From: Eledone cirrhosa
Taxonomy: Eukaryota
Reading direction: 5' to 3'
DNA: 64,000 nucleotides
Assembly: GCA_964016885.1 (NCBI GenBank)
Contig: OZ024743.1
Location: 374,604,001 to 374,668,000 of the forward strand
This document shows positions 40,401-58,400 of the stretch, piece after piece. The notes under the pieces were generated by a model that saw only the letters and a program-made list of their open reading frames with translations, had not been told where the DNA came from and searched no databases. Within the stretch, counting starts at the first letter, position 1. Each line of letters opens with the position of its first letter. A program made the translations under genes and the position numbers.

Positions 40401-43400
40401 TAGTCAATATACATCATAACTCTGTCCACAACAATAGACACTGCTACGTCATAGTCAATATACATCACATCTCTGTCTACAACAATAGACACTGCTACGT
40501 CATAGTCAATATACATCACATCTCTGTCTACAACAATAGACACTGCTACGTCATAGTCAATATACATCACATCTCTGTCTACAACAATAGACAATGCTTC
40601 GTCATAGTCAATATATATCACAGCTCTGTCTACAACAATAGACAATGCTACGTCATAGTCAATATACATCACATCTCTGTCTACAATAGACACTGCTACG
40701 TCATAGTCAATATACATCACATCTCTGTCCACAACAATAGACACTGCTACGTCATAGTCAATATACATCACATCTCTGTCTACAACAATAGACAATGCTT
40801 CGTCATAGTCAATATATATCACAGCTCTGTCTACAACAATAGACAATGCTACGTCATAGTCAATATACATCACATCTCTGTCCACAACAATAGACACTGC
40901 TACGTCATAGTCAATATACATCACATCTCTGTCTACAACAATAGACACTGCTACATCATAGTCAATATACATCACATCTCTGACAACAATAGACAATGCT
41001 TCGTCATAGTCAATATACATCACATCTCTGTCTACAACAATAGACACTGCTACGTTATAGTCAATATACATCACATCTCTGTCTACAACAAAAGACACTG
41101 CTACGCCATAGTCAATATACATCATATCTCTGTCTACAACAATAGACACTGCTACGTCATAGTCAATATACATCACATCTCTGTCTACAACAATAGACAC
41201 TGTTACGTCATAGTCAATATACATCACATCTCTGTCTACAACAATAGACAATGCTACGTCATAGTCAATATACATCACATCTGTGTCTACAACAATAGAC
41301 AATGCTACGTCATAGTCAATATACATCACATCTCTGTCTACAACAATAGACACTGCTACGTCATAGTCAATATACGTCACATCTCTGTCTACAACTATAG
41401 ATACTGCTACGTCATAGTCAATATACATCACATCTCTGTCTACAACAATAGACACTGCTACGTCATAGTCAATATACATCACATCTCTGTCTACAACAAT
41501 AGACAATGCTACGTCATAGTCAATATACATCACATCTCTGTCTACAACAATAGACACTGCTACGTCATAGTCAATATACATCACATCTCTGTCAGTGTGT
41601 CTACAACAATAGACACTGCTACGTCATAGTCAATATACATCACATCTCTGTCTACAACAATAGACACTGCTACGTCATAGTCAATATACATCACATCTCT
41701 GTCTACAACAATAGAAACTGCTACGTCATAGTCAATATACATCACATCTCTGTCTGTGTGTCTACAACAATAGACACTGCTACGTCATAGTCAATATACA
41801 TCACATCTCTGTCCACAACAATAGACACTGCTACGTCATAGTCAATATACATCACATCTCTGTCTACAACAATAGACCCTGCTACGTCATAGTCAATATA
41901 CATCACATCTCTGTCTACAACAATAGACACTGCTACGTCATAGTCAATATACCTCACATCTCTGTCCACAACAATAGACACTGCTTTGTCATAGTCAATA
42001 TACATCACATCTCTGTCTGTGTGTCTACAACAATAGACACTGCTACGTCATAGTCAATATACATCACATCTCTGTCTACAACAATAGACACTGCTACGTC
42101 ATAGTCAATATACATCACATCTCTGTCTACAACAATAGACACTGCTACGTCATAGTCAATATACATCACATCTCTGTCCACAACAATAGACACTGCTTTG
42201 TCATAGTCAATATACATCACATCTCTGTCTACAACAATAGACACTGCTACGCCATAGTCAATATACATCACATCTCTGTCTGTGTGTCTACAACAATAGA
42301 CACTGCTACGTCATAGTCAATATACATCACATCTCTGTCTACAACAATAGACACTGCTACGTCATAGTCAACATACATCACATCTCTGTCTACAACAATA
42401 GACACTGCTACGTCATAGTCAATATACATCACATCTCTGTCTAAAATAGACACTGCTACGTCATAGTCAATATACATCACATCTCTGTCTATAACAATAG
42501 ACACTGCTACGTCATAGTCAATATATATCACATCTCTGTCTACAATAGACACTGCTACGTCATAGTCAATATACATCACATCTCTGTCTACATCAATAGA
42601 CACTGCTACGTGATAGTCAATATACATCAAATCTCTGTCTACAACAATAGACACTGCTACGTCATAGTCAATATACATCACATCTCTGTCTACAACTATA
42701 GACACTGCTACGTCATAGTCAATATACATCACATCTCTGTCTACAACAATAGACACTGCTACGTCATAGTCAATATACATCACATCTCTGTCTACAACTA
42801 TAGACACTGCTACGTCATAGTCAATATACATCACATCTCTGTCTACAACAATAGACACTGCTACGTCATAGTCAATATACATCACATCTCTGTCTACAAC
42901 AATAGACACTGCTACGTCATAGTCAATATACATCACATCTCTGTCTGTGTGTCTACAACAATAGACACTGCTACGTCATAGTCAATATACATCACATCTC
43001 TGTCTACAACTATAGACACTGCTACGTCATAGTCAATATACATCACATCTCTGTCTACAACAATAGACACTGCTACGTCATAGTCAATATACATCACATC
43101 TCTGTCCACAACAATAGACACTGCTACGTCATAGTCAATATACATCACATCTCTGTCTACAACAATAGACCCTGCTACGTCATAGTCAATATACATCACA
43201 TCTCTGTCCACAACAATAGACACTGCTACGTCATAGTCAATATACATCACATCTCTGTCTACAACAATAGACACTGCTACGTCATAGTCAATATACATCA
43301 CATCTCTGTCTGTGTGTCTACAACAATAGGCACTGCTACGTCATAGTCAATATACATCACATCACTGTCTACAAAAATAGACACTGCTACGTCATAGTCA

Positions 43401-46400
43401 ATATACATAACATCTCTGACTACAACAATAGACACTGCTACCTTATAGTCAATATACATCACATCTCTGTCTAGAATAGACACTGATACGTCATAGTCAA
43501 TATACATCACATCTCTGTCTACAACAATAGACACTGCTACGTCATAGTCAATATATATCACATCTCTGTCTACAATAGACACTGCTACGTCATAGTCAAT
43601 ATGCATCACATCTCTGTCTGTGTGTCTACAACAATAGACACTGCTACGTCATAGTCAATATACATCACATCTCTGTCTACAACAATAGACACTGCTACGT
43701 CATAGTCAATATACATCACATCTCTGTCTACAACAATAGAAACTGCTACGTCATAGTCAATATACATCACATCTCTGTCTGTGTGTCTACAATAATAGAC
43801 ACTGCTACGTCATAGTCAATATACATCACATCTCTGTCCACAACAATAGACACTGCTACGTCATAGTCAATATACATCACATCTCTGTCTGTGTGTCTAC
43901 AACAATAGACACTGCTACGCCATAGTCAATATACATCACATCTCTGTCTGTGTGTCTACAACAATAGACACTGCTACGTCATAGTCAATATACATCACAG
44001 CTCTGTCTACAACAATAGACAATGCTACGTCATAGTCAATATACATCACATCTGTGTCTACAACAATAGACACTGCTACGTCATAGTCAATATACATCAC
44101 ATCTCTGTCTACAACAATAGACAATGCTACGTCATAGTCAATATACATCACATCTCTGTCTACAACAATAGACACTGCTACGTCATAGTCAATATACATC
44201 ACATCTCTGTCAGTGTGTCTACAACAATAGACACTGCTACGTCATAGTCAATATACATCACACCTCTGTCTACAACAATAGACACTGCTACGTCATAGTC
44301 AATATACATCACATCTCTGTCTACAACAATAGAAACTGCTACGTCATAGTCAATATACATCACATCTCTGTCTACAACAATAGACACTGCTACGTCATAG
44401 TCAATATACATCACATCTCTGTCTGTGTGTCTACAACAATTGACACTGCTACGTCATAGTCAATATACATCACATCTCTGTCCACAACAATAGACACTGC
44501 TACGTCATAGTCAATATACATCAAATCTCTGTCTACAACAATAGACCCTGCTACGTCATAGTCAATATACATCACATCTCTGTCTACAACAATAGACACT
44601 GCTACGTCATAGTCAATATACATCACATCTCTGTCCACAACAATAGACACTGCTACGTCATAGTCAATATACATCACATCTCTGTCTACAACAATAGACA
44701 CTGCTACGCCATAGTCAATATACATCACATCTCTGTCTGTGTGTCTACAACAATAGACACTGCTACGTCATAGTCAATATACATCACATCACTGTATGTG
44801 TGTCTACAACAATAGACACTGCTACGTCATAGTCAATATACATAACATCTCTGTCTACAACAATAGACACTGCTACGCCATAGTCAATATACATCACATC
44901 TCTGTCCACAACAATAGACACTGCTACGTCATAGTCAATATACATCACATCTCTGTCTACAACAATAGACACTGCTACGCCATAGTCAATATACATCACA
45001 TCTCTGTCCACAACAATAGACACTGCTACGTCATAGTCAATATACATCACATCTCTGTCTACAACAATAGACACTGCTACGTCATAGTCAATATACATCA
45101 CATCTCTGTCTACAACAATAGACACTGCTACGTCATAGTCAATATACATAACATCTCTGTCTACAACAATAGACACTGCTACGCCATAGTCAATTTACAT
45201 CACATCTCTGTCTACAACAATAGACACTGCTACGTCATAGTCAATATACATCACATCTCTGTCCACAACAATAGACACTGCTACGCCATAGTCAATTTAC
45301 ATCACATCTCTGTCTACAACAATAGACACTGCTACGTCATAGTCAATATACATCACATCTCTGTCCACAACAATAGACACTGCTACGTCATAGTCAATAT
45401 ACATCACATCTCTGTCTACAACAATAGACACTGCTACGCCATAGTCAATTTACATCACATCTCTGTCTACAACAATAGACACTGCTACGTCATAGTCAAT
45501 ATACATCACATCTCTGTCCACAACAATAGACACTGCTACGTCATAGTCAATATACATCACATCTCTGTCCACAACAATAGACACTGCTACGCCATAGTCA
45601 ATATACATCACATCTCTGTCTGTGTGTCTACAACAATAGACACTGCTACGTCATAGTCAATATACATCACATCACTGTATGTGTGTCTACAACAATAGAC
45701 ACTGCTACGTCATAGTCAATATACATCACATCTCTGTCTAAAATAGACACTGCTACGTCATAGTCAATATACATCACATCTCTGTCTATAACAATAGACA
45801 CTGCTACGTCATAGTCAATATATATCACATCTCTGTCTACAATAGACACTGCTACGTCATAGTCAATATACATCACATCTCTGTCTACATCAATAGACAC
45901 TGCTACGTGATAGTCAATATACATCAAATCTCTGTCTACAACAATAGCCACTGCTACGTCATAGTCAATATACATCACATCTCTGTCTACAACAATAGAC
46001 ACTGCTACGTCATAGTCAATATACATCACATCACTGTATGTGTCACTACAACAATAGACACTGCTACGTCATAGTCAATATACATCACATCTCTGTCTAA
46101 AATAGACACTGCTACGTCATAGTCAATATACATCACATCTCTGTCTATAACAATAGACACTGCTACGTCATAGTCAATATACATCACATCTCTGTCTATA
46201 ACAATAGACACTGCTACGTGATAGTCAATATACATCAAATCTCTGTCTACAACAATAGACACTGCTACGTCATAGTCAATATACATCACATCTCTGTCTA
46301 CAACTATAGACACTGCTACGTCATAGTCAATATACATCACATCTCTGTCTACAACAATAGACACTGCTACGTCATAGTCAATATACATCACATCTCTGTC

Positions 46401-49400
46401 TACAACAATAGACACTGCTACGTCATAGTCAATATACATCACATCTCTGTCTGTGTGTCTACAACAATAGACACTGCTACGTCATAGTCAATATACATCA
46501 TATCTCTGTCCACAACAATAGACACTGCTACGTCATAGTCAATATACATCACATCTCTGTCTACAACAATAGACCCTGCTACGTCATAGTCAATATACAT
46601 CACATCTCTGTCTACAACAATAGACACTGCTACGTCATAGTCAATATACATCACATCTCTGTCCACAACAATAGACACTGCTACGTCATAGTCAATATAC
46701 ATCACATCTCTGTCTACAACAATAGACACTGCTACGTCATAGTCAATATACATCACATCTCTGTCTGTGTGTCTACAACAATAGACACTGCTACGTCATA
46801 GTCAATATACATCACATCTCTGTCTACAACAATAGACACTGCTACGTCATAGTCAATATACATCACATCTCTGTCTACAACAATAGAAACTGCTACGTCA
46901 TAGTCAATATACATCACATCTCTGTCTGTGTGTCTACAACAATAGACACTGCTACGTCATAGTCAATATACATCACATCTCTGTCCACAACAATAGACAC
47001 TGCTACGTCATAGTCAATATACATCACATCTCTGTCTACAACAATAGACCCTGCTACGTCATAGTCAATATACATCACATCTCTGTCTACAACAATAGAC
47101 ACTGCTACGTCATAGTCAATATACATCACATCTCTGTCCACAACAATAGACACTGCTACGTCATAGTCAATATACATCACATCTCTGTCTACAACAATAG
47201 ACACTGCTACGCCATAGTCAATATACATCACATCTCTGTCTGTGTGTCTACAACAATAGACACTGCTACGTCATAGTCAATATACATCACATCTCTGTCT
47301 ACAACAATAGACACTGCTACGTCATAGTCAATATACATCACATCTCTGTCTACAACAATAGACCCTGCTACGTCATATTCAATATACATCACATCTCTGT
47401 CTACAACAATAGACACTGCTACGTCATAGTCAATATACATCACATCTCTGTCCACAACAATAGACACTGCTACGTCATAGTCAATATACATCACATCTCT
47501 GTCTACAACAATAGACACTGCTACGTCATAGTCAATATACATCACATCTCTGTCTGTGTGTCTACAACAATAGGCACTGCTACGTCATAGTCAATATACA
47601 TCACATCACTGTCTGTGTGTCTACAACAATAGACACTGCTACGTCATAGTCAATATACATCACATCACTGTCTACAAAAATAGACACTGCTACGTCATAG
47701 TCAATATACATAACATCTCTGACTACAACAATAGACACTGCTACCTCATAGTCAATATACATCACATCTCTGTCTAGAATAGACACTGATACGTCATAGT
47801 CAATATACATCACATCTCTGTCTACAACAATAGAAACTGCTACGTCATAGTCAATATACATCACATCTCTGTCTGTGTGTCTACAACAATAGACACTGCT
47901 ACGTCATAGTCAATATACATCACATCTCTGTCTACAACAATAGACACTGCTACGTCATAGTGAATATACATCACATCTCTGTCTACAACAATAGACACTG
48001 CTACGTCAGAGTCAATATACATCACATCTCTGTCTACAACAATAGACACTTCTACGTCATAGTCAATATACATCACATCTCTGTCTACAACTATAGACAC
48101 TGCTACGTCATAGTCAATATACATCACATCTCTGTCTACAACTATAGACACTGCTACGTCATAGTTCATTTACATCACATCTCTGTCTACAACAATAGAC
48201 ACTGCTACGTCATAGTCAATATACATCACATCTCTGTCTACAACAATAGACACTGTTACGTCATAGTCAATATACATCACATCTCTTTCTACAACTATAG
48301 ACAATGCTACGTCATAGTCAATATACATCACATCTCTATCTACAACAATAGACGCTACTTCGTCATAGTCAATATACATCACATCTCTGTCCACAACAAT
48401 AGACACTGCTACGTCATAGTCAATATACATCACATCTCTGTCTACAACTATAGACACTGCTACGTCATAGTCAATATACATCACATCTCTGTCTACAACA
48501 ATAGACACTGCTACGTCATAGTCAATATACATCACATCTCTGTCCACAACAATAGACACTGCTACGTCATAGTCAATTTACATCACATCTCTGTCTACAA
48601 CAATAGACACTGCTACGTCATAGTCAATTTACATCACATCTCTGTCCACAACAATAGACACTGTTACGTCATAGTCAATATACATCACATCTCTGTCTAC
48701 AACAAAAGACACTGCTACGCCATAGTCAATATACATCATATCTCTGTCTACAACAATAGACACTGCTACGTCATAGTCAATATACATCATAACTCTGTCC
48801 ACAACAATAGACACTGCTACGTCATAGTCAATATACATCACATCTCTGTCTACAACAATAGACACTGCTACGTCATAGTCAATATACATCATAACTCTGT
48901 CCACAACAATAGACACTGTACGTCATAGTCAATATACATCACATCTCTGTCTACAACAATAGACACTGCTACGTCATAGTCAATATACATCACATCTCTG
49001 TCTACAACAATAGACACTGCTACGTCATAGTCAATATACATCACATCTCTGTCTACAACAATAGACAATGCTACGTCATAGTCAATATACATCACATCTC
49101 TGTCTACAATAGACACTGCTACGTCATAGTCAATATACATCACATCTCTGTCTACAACAATAGACACTGCTACGTCATAGTCAATATACATCATAACTCT
49201 GTCCACAACAATAGACACTGCTACGTCATAGTCAATATACATCACATCTCTGTCTACAACAATAGACACTGCTACGTCATAGTCAATATACATCACATCT
49301 CTGTCTACAACAATAGACACTGCTACGTCATAGTCAATATACATCACATCTCTGTCTACAACAATAGACAATGCTACGTCATAGTCAATATACATCACAT

Positions 49401-52400
49401 CTCTGTCTACAACAATAGACAATGCTTCGTCATAGTCAATATATATCACAGCTCTGTCTACAACAATAGACAATGCTACGTCATAGTCAATATACATCAC
49501 ATCTCTGTCTACAATAGACACTGCTACGTCATAGTCAATATACATCACATCTCTGTCCACAACAATAGACACTGCTACGTCATAGTCAATATACATCACA
49601 TCTCTGTCTACAACAATAAACAATGCTTCGTCATAGTCAATATATATCACAGCTCTGTCTACAACAATAGACAATGCTACGTCATAGTCAATATACATCA
49701 CATCTCTGTCTACAATAGACACTGCTACGTCATAGTCAATATACATCACATCTCTGTCTACAACAATAGACACTGCTACGTCATAGTCAATATACATCAC
49801 ATCTCTGTCTACAACAATAGACACTGCTACGTCATAGTCAATATACATCACATCTCTGTCTGTGTGTCTACAACAATAGACACTGCTACGTCATAGTCAA
49901 TATACATCACATCACTGTCTGTGTGTCTACAACAATAGACACTGCTACGTCATAGTCAATATACATCACATCACTTTCTACAACAATAGACACTGCTACG
50001 TCATAGTCAATATACATCACATCTCTGTCTACAACAATAGACACAGCTACGTCATAGTCAATATACATCACATCTCTGTCTACAATAGACACTGCTACGT
50101 CATAGTCAATATACATCACATCTCTGTCTACAACAATAGACACTGCTACGTCATAGTCAATATACATCACATCTCTGTCTACAACAATAGACACTGCTAC
50201 GTCATAGTCAATATACATCACATCTCTGTCTACAACAATAGACACTGCTACGTCATAGTCAATATACATCACATCTCTGTCTACAACTATAGACAATGCT
50301 ACGTCATAGTCAATATACATCACATCTCTGTCTACAACAATAGACACTACTTCGTCATAGTCAATATACATCACATCTCTGTCTACAACAATAGACACTG
50401 CTACGTCATAGTCAATATACATCACATCTCTGTCCACAACAATAGACACTGCTACGTCATAGTCAATTTACATCACATCTCTCTCTACAACAATAGACAC
50501 TGCTACGTCATAGTCAATATACATCACATCTCTGTTCACAACAATAGACACTGATACGTCATAGTCAATATACATCACATCTGCGTCTACAACAATAGAC
50601 ACTGCTACGTCATAGTCAATATACATCACACCTCTGTCTACGAAAATAGACACTACTACGTCATAGTCAATATACATCACATCTCTGTCCACAACAATAG
50701 ACACTGCTACGTCGTAGTCAATATACATCACATCTCTGTCTACAACAATAGACACTGCTACGTCATAGTCAATATACGTCACATCTCTGTCCACAACAAT
50801 AGACACTGCTACGTCATAGTCAATATACATCACATCTCAGTCTACAACAATAGTCACTGCTACGTCATAGTCAATATACATCACATCTCTGTCCACAACA
50901 ATAGACACTGCTACGTCATAGTCAATATACATCACATCTCTGTCTACAACAATAGACACTGCTACGTCATAGTGAATATACATAACATCTCTGTCTACAA
51001 CAATAGATACTGCTACGTCATAGTCAATATACATCACATCTCTGTCTACAACAATAGACACTGCTATATCATACTCAATATACATCACATCTCTGACCAC
51101 AACAATAGACACTGCTACGTCATAGTCAATTTACATCACATCTCTGTCCACAACAATAGATACTGCTACGTCTTATTCAATATACATCACATCTCTGTCT
51201 ACAACAATAGACAATGCTACGTCATAGTCAATATACATCACATCTCTGTCTACAACAATAGACACTGCTACATCATAGTCAATATACATCACATCTCTGT
51301 CTACAATAGACACTGCTACGTCATATTCAATATACATCACATCTCTGTCTACAACAATAGACACTGCTACGTCATAGTCAATATACATCACATCTCAGTC
51401 TACAACAATAGTCACTGCTACGTCATAGTCAATATACATCACATCTCTGTCCACAACAATAGACACTGCTACGTCATAGTCAATTTACATCACATCTCTG
51501 TCTACAACAATAGACACTGCTACGTCATAGTCAATTTACATCACATCTCTGTCCACAACAATAGACACTGTTACGTCATAGTCAATATACATCACATCTC
51601 TGTCTACAACAAAAGACACTGCTACGCCATAGTCAATATACATCATATCTCTGTCTACAACAATAGACACTGCTACGTCATAGTCAATATACATCATAAC
51701 TCTGTCCACAACAATAGACACTGCTACGTCATAGTCAATATACATCACATCTCTGTCTACAACAATAGACACTGCTACGTCATAGTCAATATACATCACA
51801 TCTCTGTCTACAACAATAGACACTGCTACGTCATAGTCAATATACATCACATCTCTGTCTACAACAATAGACAATGCTACGTCATAGTCAATATACATCA
51901 CATCTCTGTCTACTATAGACACTGCTACGTCATAGTCAATATACATCACATCTCTGTCTACAACAATAGACACTGCTACGTCATAGTCAATATACATCAT
52001 AACTCTGTCCACAACAATAGACACTGCTACGTCATAGTCAATATACATCACATCTCTGTCTACAACAATAGACACTGCTACGTCATAGTCAATATACATC
52101 ACATCTCTGTCTACAACAATAGACACTGCTACGTCATAGTCAATATACATCACATCTCTGTCTACAACAATAGACAATGCTACGTCATAGTCAATATACA
52201 TCACATCTCTGTCTACAATAGACACTGCTACGTCATAGTCAATATACATCATAACTCTGTCCACAACAATAGACACTGCTACGTCATAGTCAATATACAT
52301 CACATCTCTGTCTACAACAATAGACACTGCTACGTCATAGTCAATATACATCACATCTCTGTCTACAACAATAGACACTGCTACGTCATAGTCAATATAC

Positions 52401-55400
52401 ATCACATCTCTGTCTACAACAATAGACAATGCTACGTCATAGTCAATATACATCACATCTCTGTCTACAACAATAGACAATGCTTCGTCATAGTCAATAT
52501 ATATCACAGCTCTGTCTACAACAATAGACAATGCTACGTCATAGTCAATATACATCACATCTCTGTCTACAATAGACACTGCTACGTCATAGTCAATATA
52601 CATCACATCTCTGTCCACAACAATAGACACTGCTACGTCATAGTCAATATACATCACATCTCTGTCTACAACAATAGACAATGCTTCGTCATAGTCAATA
52701 TATATCACAGCTCTGTCTACAACAATAGACAATGCTACGTCATAGTCAATATACATCACATCTCTGTCTACAATAGACACTGCTACGTCATAGTCAATAT
52801 ACATCACATCTCTGTCTACAACAATAGACACTGCTACGTCATAGTCAATATACATCACATCTCTGTCTACAACAATAGACACTGCTACGTCATAGTCAAT
52901 ATACATCACATCTCTGTCTGTGTGTCTACAACAATAGACACTGCTACGTCATAGTCAATATACATCACATCACTGTCTGTGTGTCTACAACAATAGACAC
53001 TGCTACGTCATAGTCAATATACATCACATCACTTTCTACAACAATAGACACTGCTACGTCATAGTCAATATACATCACATCTCTGTCTACAACAATAGAC
53101 ACAGCTACGTCATAGTCAATATACATCACATCTCTGTCTACAATAGACACTGCTACGTCATAGTCAATATACATCACATCTCTGTCTACAACAATAGACA
53201 CTGCTACGTCATAGTCAATATACATCACATCTCTGTCTACAACAATAGACACTGCTACGTCATAGTCAATATACATCACATCTCTGTCTACAACAATAGA
53301 CACTGCTACGTCATAGTCAATATACATCACATCTCTGTCTACAACTATAGACAATGCTACGTCATAGTCAATATACATCACATCTCTGTCTACAACAATA
53401 GACACTACTTCGTCATAGTCAATATACATCACATCTCTGTCTACAACAATAGACACTGCTACGTCATAGTCAATATACATCACATCTCTGTCCACAACAA
53501 TAGACACTGCTACGTCATAGTCAATTTACATCACATCTCTCTCTACAACAATAGACACTGCTACGTCATAGTCAATATACATCACATCTCTGTTCACAAC
53601 AATAGACACTGATACGTCATAGTCAATATACATCACATCTGCGTCTACAACAATAGACACTGCTACGTCATAGTCAATATACATCACACCTCTGTCTACG
53701 AAAATAGACACTACTACGTCATAGTCAATATACATCACATCTCTGTCCACAACAATAGACACTGCTACGTCGTAGTCAATATACATCACATCTCTGTCTA
53801 CAACAATAGACACTGCTACGTCATAGTCAATATACGTCACATCTCTGTCCACAACAATAGACACTGCTACGTCATAGTCAATATACATCACATCTCAGTC
53901 TACAACAATAGTCACTGCTACGTCATAGTCAATATACATCACATCTCTGTCCACAACAATAGACACTGCTACGTCATAGTCAATATACATCACATCTCTG
54001 TCTACAACAATAGACACTGCTACGTCATAGTGAATATACATAACATCTCTGTCTACAACAATAGATACTGCTACGTCATAGTCAATATACATCACATCTC
54101 TGTCTACAACAATAGACACTGCTATATCATACTCAATATACATCACATCTCTGACCACAACAATAGACACTGCTACGTCATAGTCAATTTACATCACATC
54201 TCTGTCCACAACAATAGATACTGCTACGTCTTATTCAATATACATCACATCTCTGTCTACAACAATAGACAATGCTACGTCATAGTCAATATACATCACA
54301 TCTCTGTCTACAACAATAGACACTGCTACATCATAGTCAATATACATCACATCTCTGTCTACAATAGACACTGCTACGTCATATTCAATATACATCACAT
54401 CTCTGTCTACAACAATAGACACTGCTACGTCATAGTCAATATACATCACATCTCAGTCTACAACAATAGTCACTGCTACGTCATAGTCAATATACATCAC
54501 ATCTCTGTCCACAACAATAGACACTGCTACGTCATAGTCAATTTACATCACATCTCTGTCTACAACAATAGACACTGCTACGTCATAGTCAATTTACATC
54601 ACATCTCTGTCCACAACAATAGACACTGTTACGTCATAGTCAATATACATCACATCTCTGTCTACAACAAAAGACACTGCTACGCCATAGTCAATATACA
54701 TCATATCTCTGTCTACAACAATAGACACTGCTACGTCATAGTCAATATACATCATAACTCTGTCCACAACAATAGACACTGCTACGTCATAGTCAATATA
54801 CATCACATCTCTGTCTACAACAATAGACACTGCTACGTCATAGTCAATATACATCACATCTCTGTCTACAACAATAGACACTGCTACGTCATAGTCAATA
54901 TACATCACATCTCTGTCTACAACAATAGACAATGCTACGTCATAGTCAATATACATCACATCTCTGTCTACTATAGACACTGCTACGTCATAGTCAATAT
55001 ACATCACATCTCTGTCTACAACAATAGACACTGCTACGTCATAGTCAATATACATCATAACTCTGTCCACAACAATAGACACTGCTACGTCATAGTCAAT
55101 ATACATCACATCTCTGTCTACAACAATAGACACTGCTACGTCATAGTCAATATACATCACATCTCTGTCTACAACAATAGACACTGCTACGTCATAGTCA
55201 ATATACATCACATCTCTGTCTACAACAATAGACAATGCTACGTCATAGTCAATATACATCACATCTCTGTCTACAATAGACACTGCTACGTCATAGTCAA
55301 TATACATCACATCTCTGTCTACAACAATAGACACTGCTACGTCATAGTCAATATACATCATAACTCTGTCCACAACAATAGACACTGCTACGTCATAGTC

Positions 55401-58400
55401 AATATACATCACATCTCTGTCTACAACAATAGACACTGCTACGTCATAGTCAATATACATCACATCTCTGTCTACAACAATAGACACTGCTACGTCATAG
55501 TCAATATACATCACATCTCTATCTACAACAATAGACAATGCTACGTCATAGTCAATATACATCACATCTCTGTCTACAACAATAGACAATGCTTCGTCAT
55601 AGTCAATATATATCACAGCTCTGTCTACAACAATAGACAATGCTACGTCATAGTCAATATACATCACATCTCTGTCTACAATAGACACTGCTACGTCATA
55701 GTCAATATACATCACATCTCTGTCCACAACAATAGACACTGCTACGTCATAGTCAATATACATCACATCTCTGTCTACAACAATAGACAATGCTTCGTCA
55801 TAGTCAATATATATCACAGCTCTGTCTACAACAATAGACAATGCTACGTCATAGTCAATATACATCACATCTCTGTCTACAATAGACACTGCTACGTCAT
55901 AGTCAATATACATCACATCTCTGTCTACAACAATAGACACTGCTAGGTCATAGTCAATATACGTCACATCTCTGTCCACAACAATAGACACTGCTACGTC
56001 ATAGTCAATATACATCACATCTCTGTCCACAACAATAGACACTGCTACGTCATAGTCAATTTACATCACATCTCTGTCTACAACAATAGACACTGCTACG
56101 TCATAGTCAATATACATCACATCTCTGTCTACAACAATAGACACTGCTACGTCATAGTCAATATACATCACATCTCTGTCTACAACAATAGACAATGCTA
56201 CGTCATAGTCAATATACATCACATCTCTGTCTACAACAATAGACAATGCTTCGTCATAGTCAATATATATCACAGCTCTGTCTACAACAATAGACAATGC
56301 TACGTCATAGTCAATATACATCACATCTCTGTCTACAATAGACACTGCTACGTCATAGTCAATATACATCACATCTCTGTCCACAACAATAGACACTGCT
56401 ACGTCATAGTCAATATACATCACATCTCTGTCTACAACAATAGACAATGCTTCGTCATAGTCAATATATATCATAGCTCTGTCTACAACAATAGACAATG
56501 CTACGTCATAGTCAATATACATCACATCTCTGTCTACAATAGACACTGCTACGTCATAGTCAATATACATCACATCTCTGTCTACAACAATAGACACTGC
56601 TAGGTCATAGTCAATATACGTCACATCTCTGTCCACAACAATAGACACTGCTACGTCATAGTCAATATACATCACATCTCTGTCCACAACAATAGACACT
56701 GCTACGTCATAGTCAATTTACATCACAACTCTGTCTACAACAATAGACACTGCTACTTCATAGTCAATATACATCACATCTCTGTCTACAACTATAGACA
56801 CTGCTACGTCATAGTCAATATACATCACATCTCTGTCTACAACAATAGACACTGCTACGTCATAGTCAATATACATCACATCTCTGTCTACAACTATAGA
56901 CACTGCTACGTCATAGTCAATATACATCACATCTCTGTCTACAACAATAGACACTGCTACGTCATAGTCAATATATATCACATCTCTGTCTACAATAGAC
57001 ACTGCTACGTCATAGTCAATATGCATCACATCTCTGTCTGTGTGTCTACAACAATAGACACTGCTACGTCATAGTCAATATACATCACATCTCTGTCTAC
57101 AACAATAGACACTGCTACGTCATAGTCAATATACATCACATCTCTGTCTACAACAATAGAAACTGCTACGTCATAGTCAATATACATCACATCTCTGTCT
57201 GTGTGTCTACAACAATAGACACTGCTACGTCATAGTCAATATACATCACATCTCTGTCCACAACAATAGACACTGCTACGTCATAGTCAATATACATCAC
57301 ATCTCTGTCTACAACAATAGACCCTGCTACGTCATAGTCAATATACATCACATCTCTGTCTACAATAGACACTGCTACGTCATAGTCAATATACATCACA
57401 TCTCTGTCTACAACAATAGACACTGCTACGTCATAGTCAATACACATCACATCTCTGTCTACAACAATAGACACTGCTACGTCATAGTCAATATACATCA
57501 CATCTCTGTCCACAACAATAGACACTGCTACGTCATAGTCAATATACATCACATCTCTGTCTACAACAATAGACACTGCTACGCCATAGTCAATATACAT
57601 CACATCTCTGTCTGTGTGTCTACAACAATAGACACTGCTACGTCATAGTCAATATACATCACATCTCTGTCTACAACAATAGACACTGTTACGTCATAGT
57701 CAATATACATCACATCTCTGTCTACAACAATAGACAATGCTACGTCATAGTCAATATACATCACATCTGTGTCTACAACAATAGACAATGCTACGTCATA
57801 GTCAATATACATCACATCTCTGTCTACAACAATAGACACTGCTACGTCATAGTCAATATACGTCACATCTCTGTCTACAACTATAGACACTGCTACGTCA
57901 TAGTCAATATACATCACATCTCTGTATACAACAATAGACAATGCTACGTCATAGTCAATATACATCACATCTCTGTCTACAACAATAGACACTGCTACGT
58001 CATAGTCAATATACATCACATCTCTGTCAGTGTGTCTACAACAATAGACACTGCTACGTCATAGTCAATATACATCACACCTCTGTCTACAACAATAGAC
58101 ACTGCTACGTCATAGTCAATATACATCACATCTCTGTCTACAACAATAGAAACTGCTACGTCATAGTCAATATACATCACATCTCTGTCTGTGTGTCTAC
58201 AACAATAGACACTGCTACGTCATAGTCAATATACATCACATCTCTGTCCACAACAATAGACACTGCTACGTCATAGTCAATATACATCAAATCTCTGTCT
58301 ACAACAATAGACCCTGCTACGTCATAGTCAATATACATCACATCTCTGTCTACAACAATAGACACTGCTACGTCATAGTCAATATACATCACATCTCTGT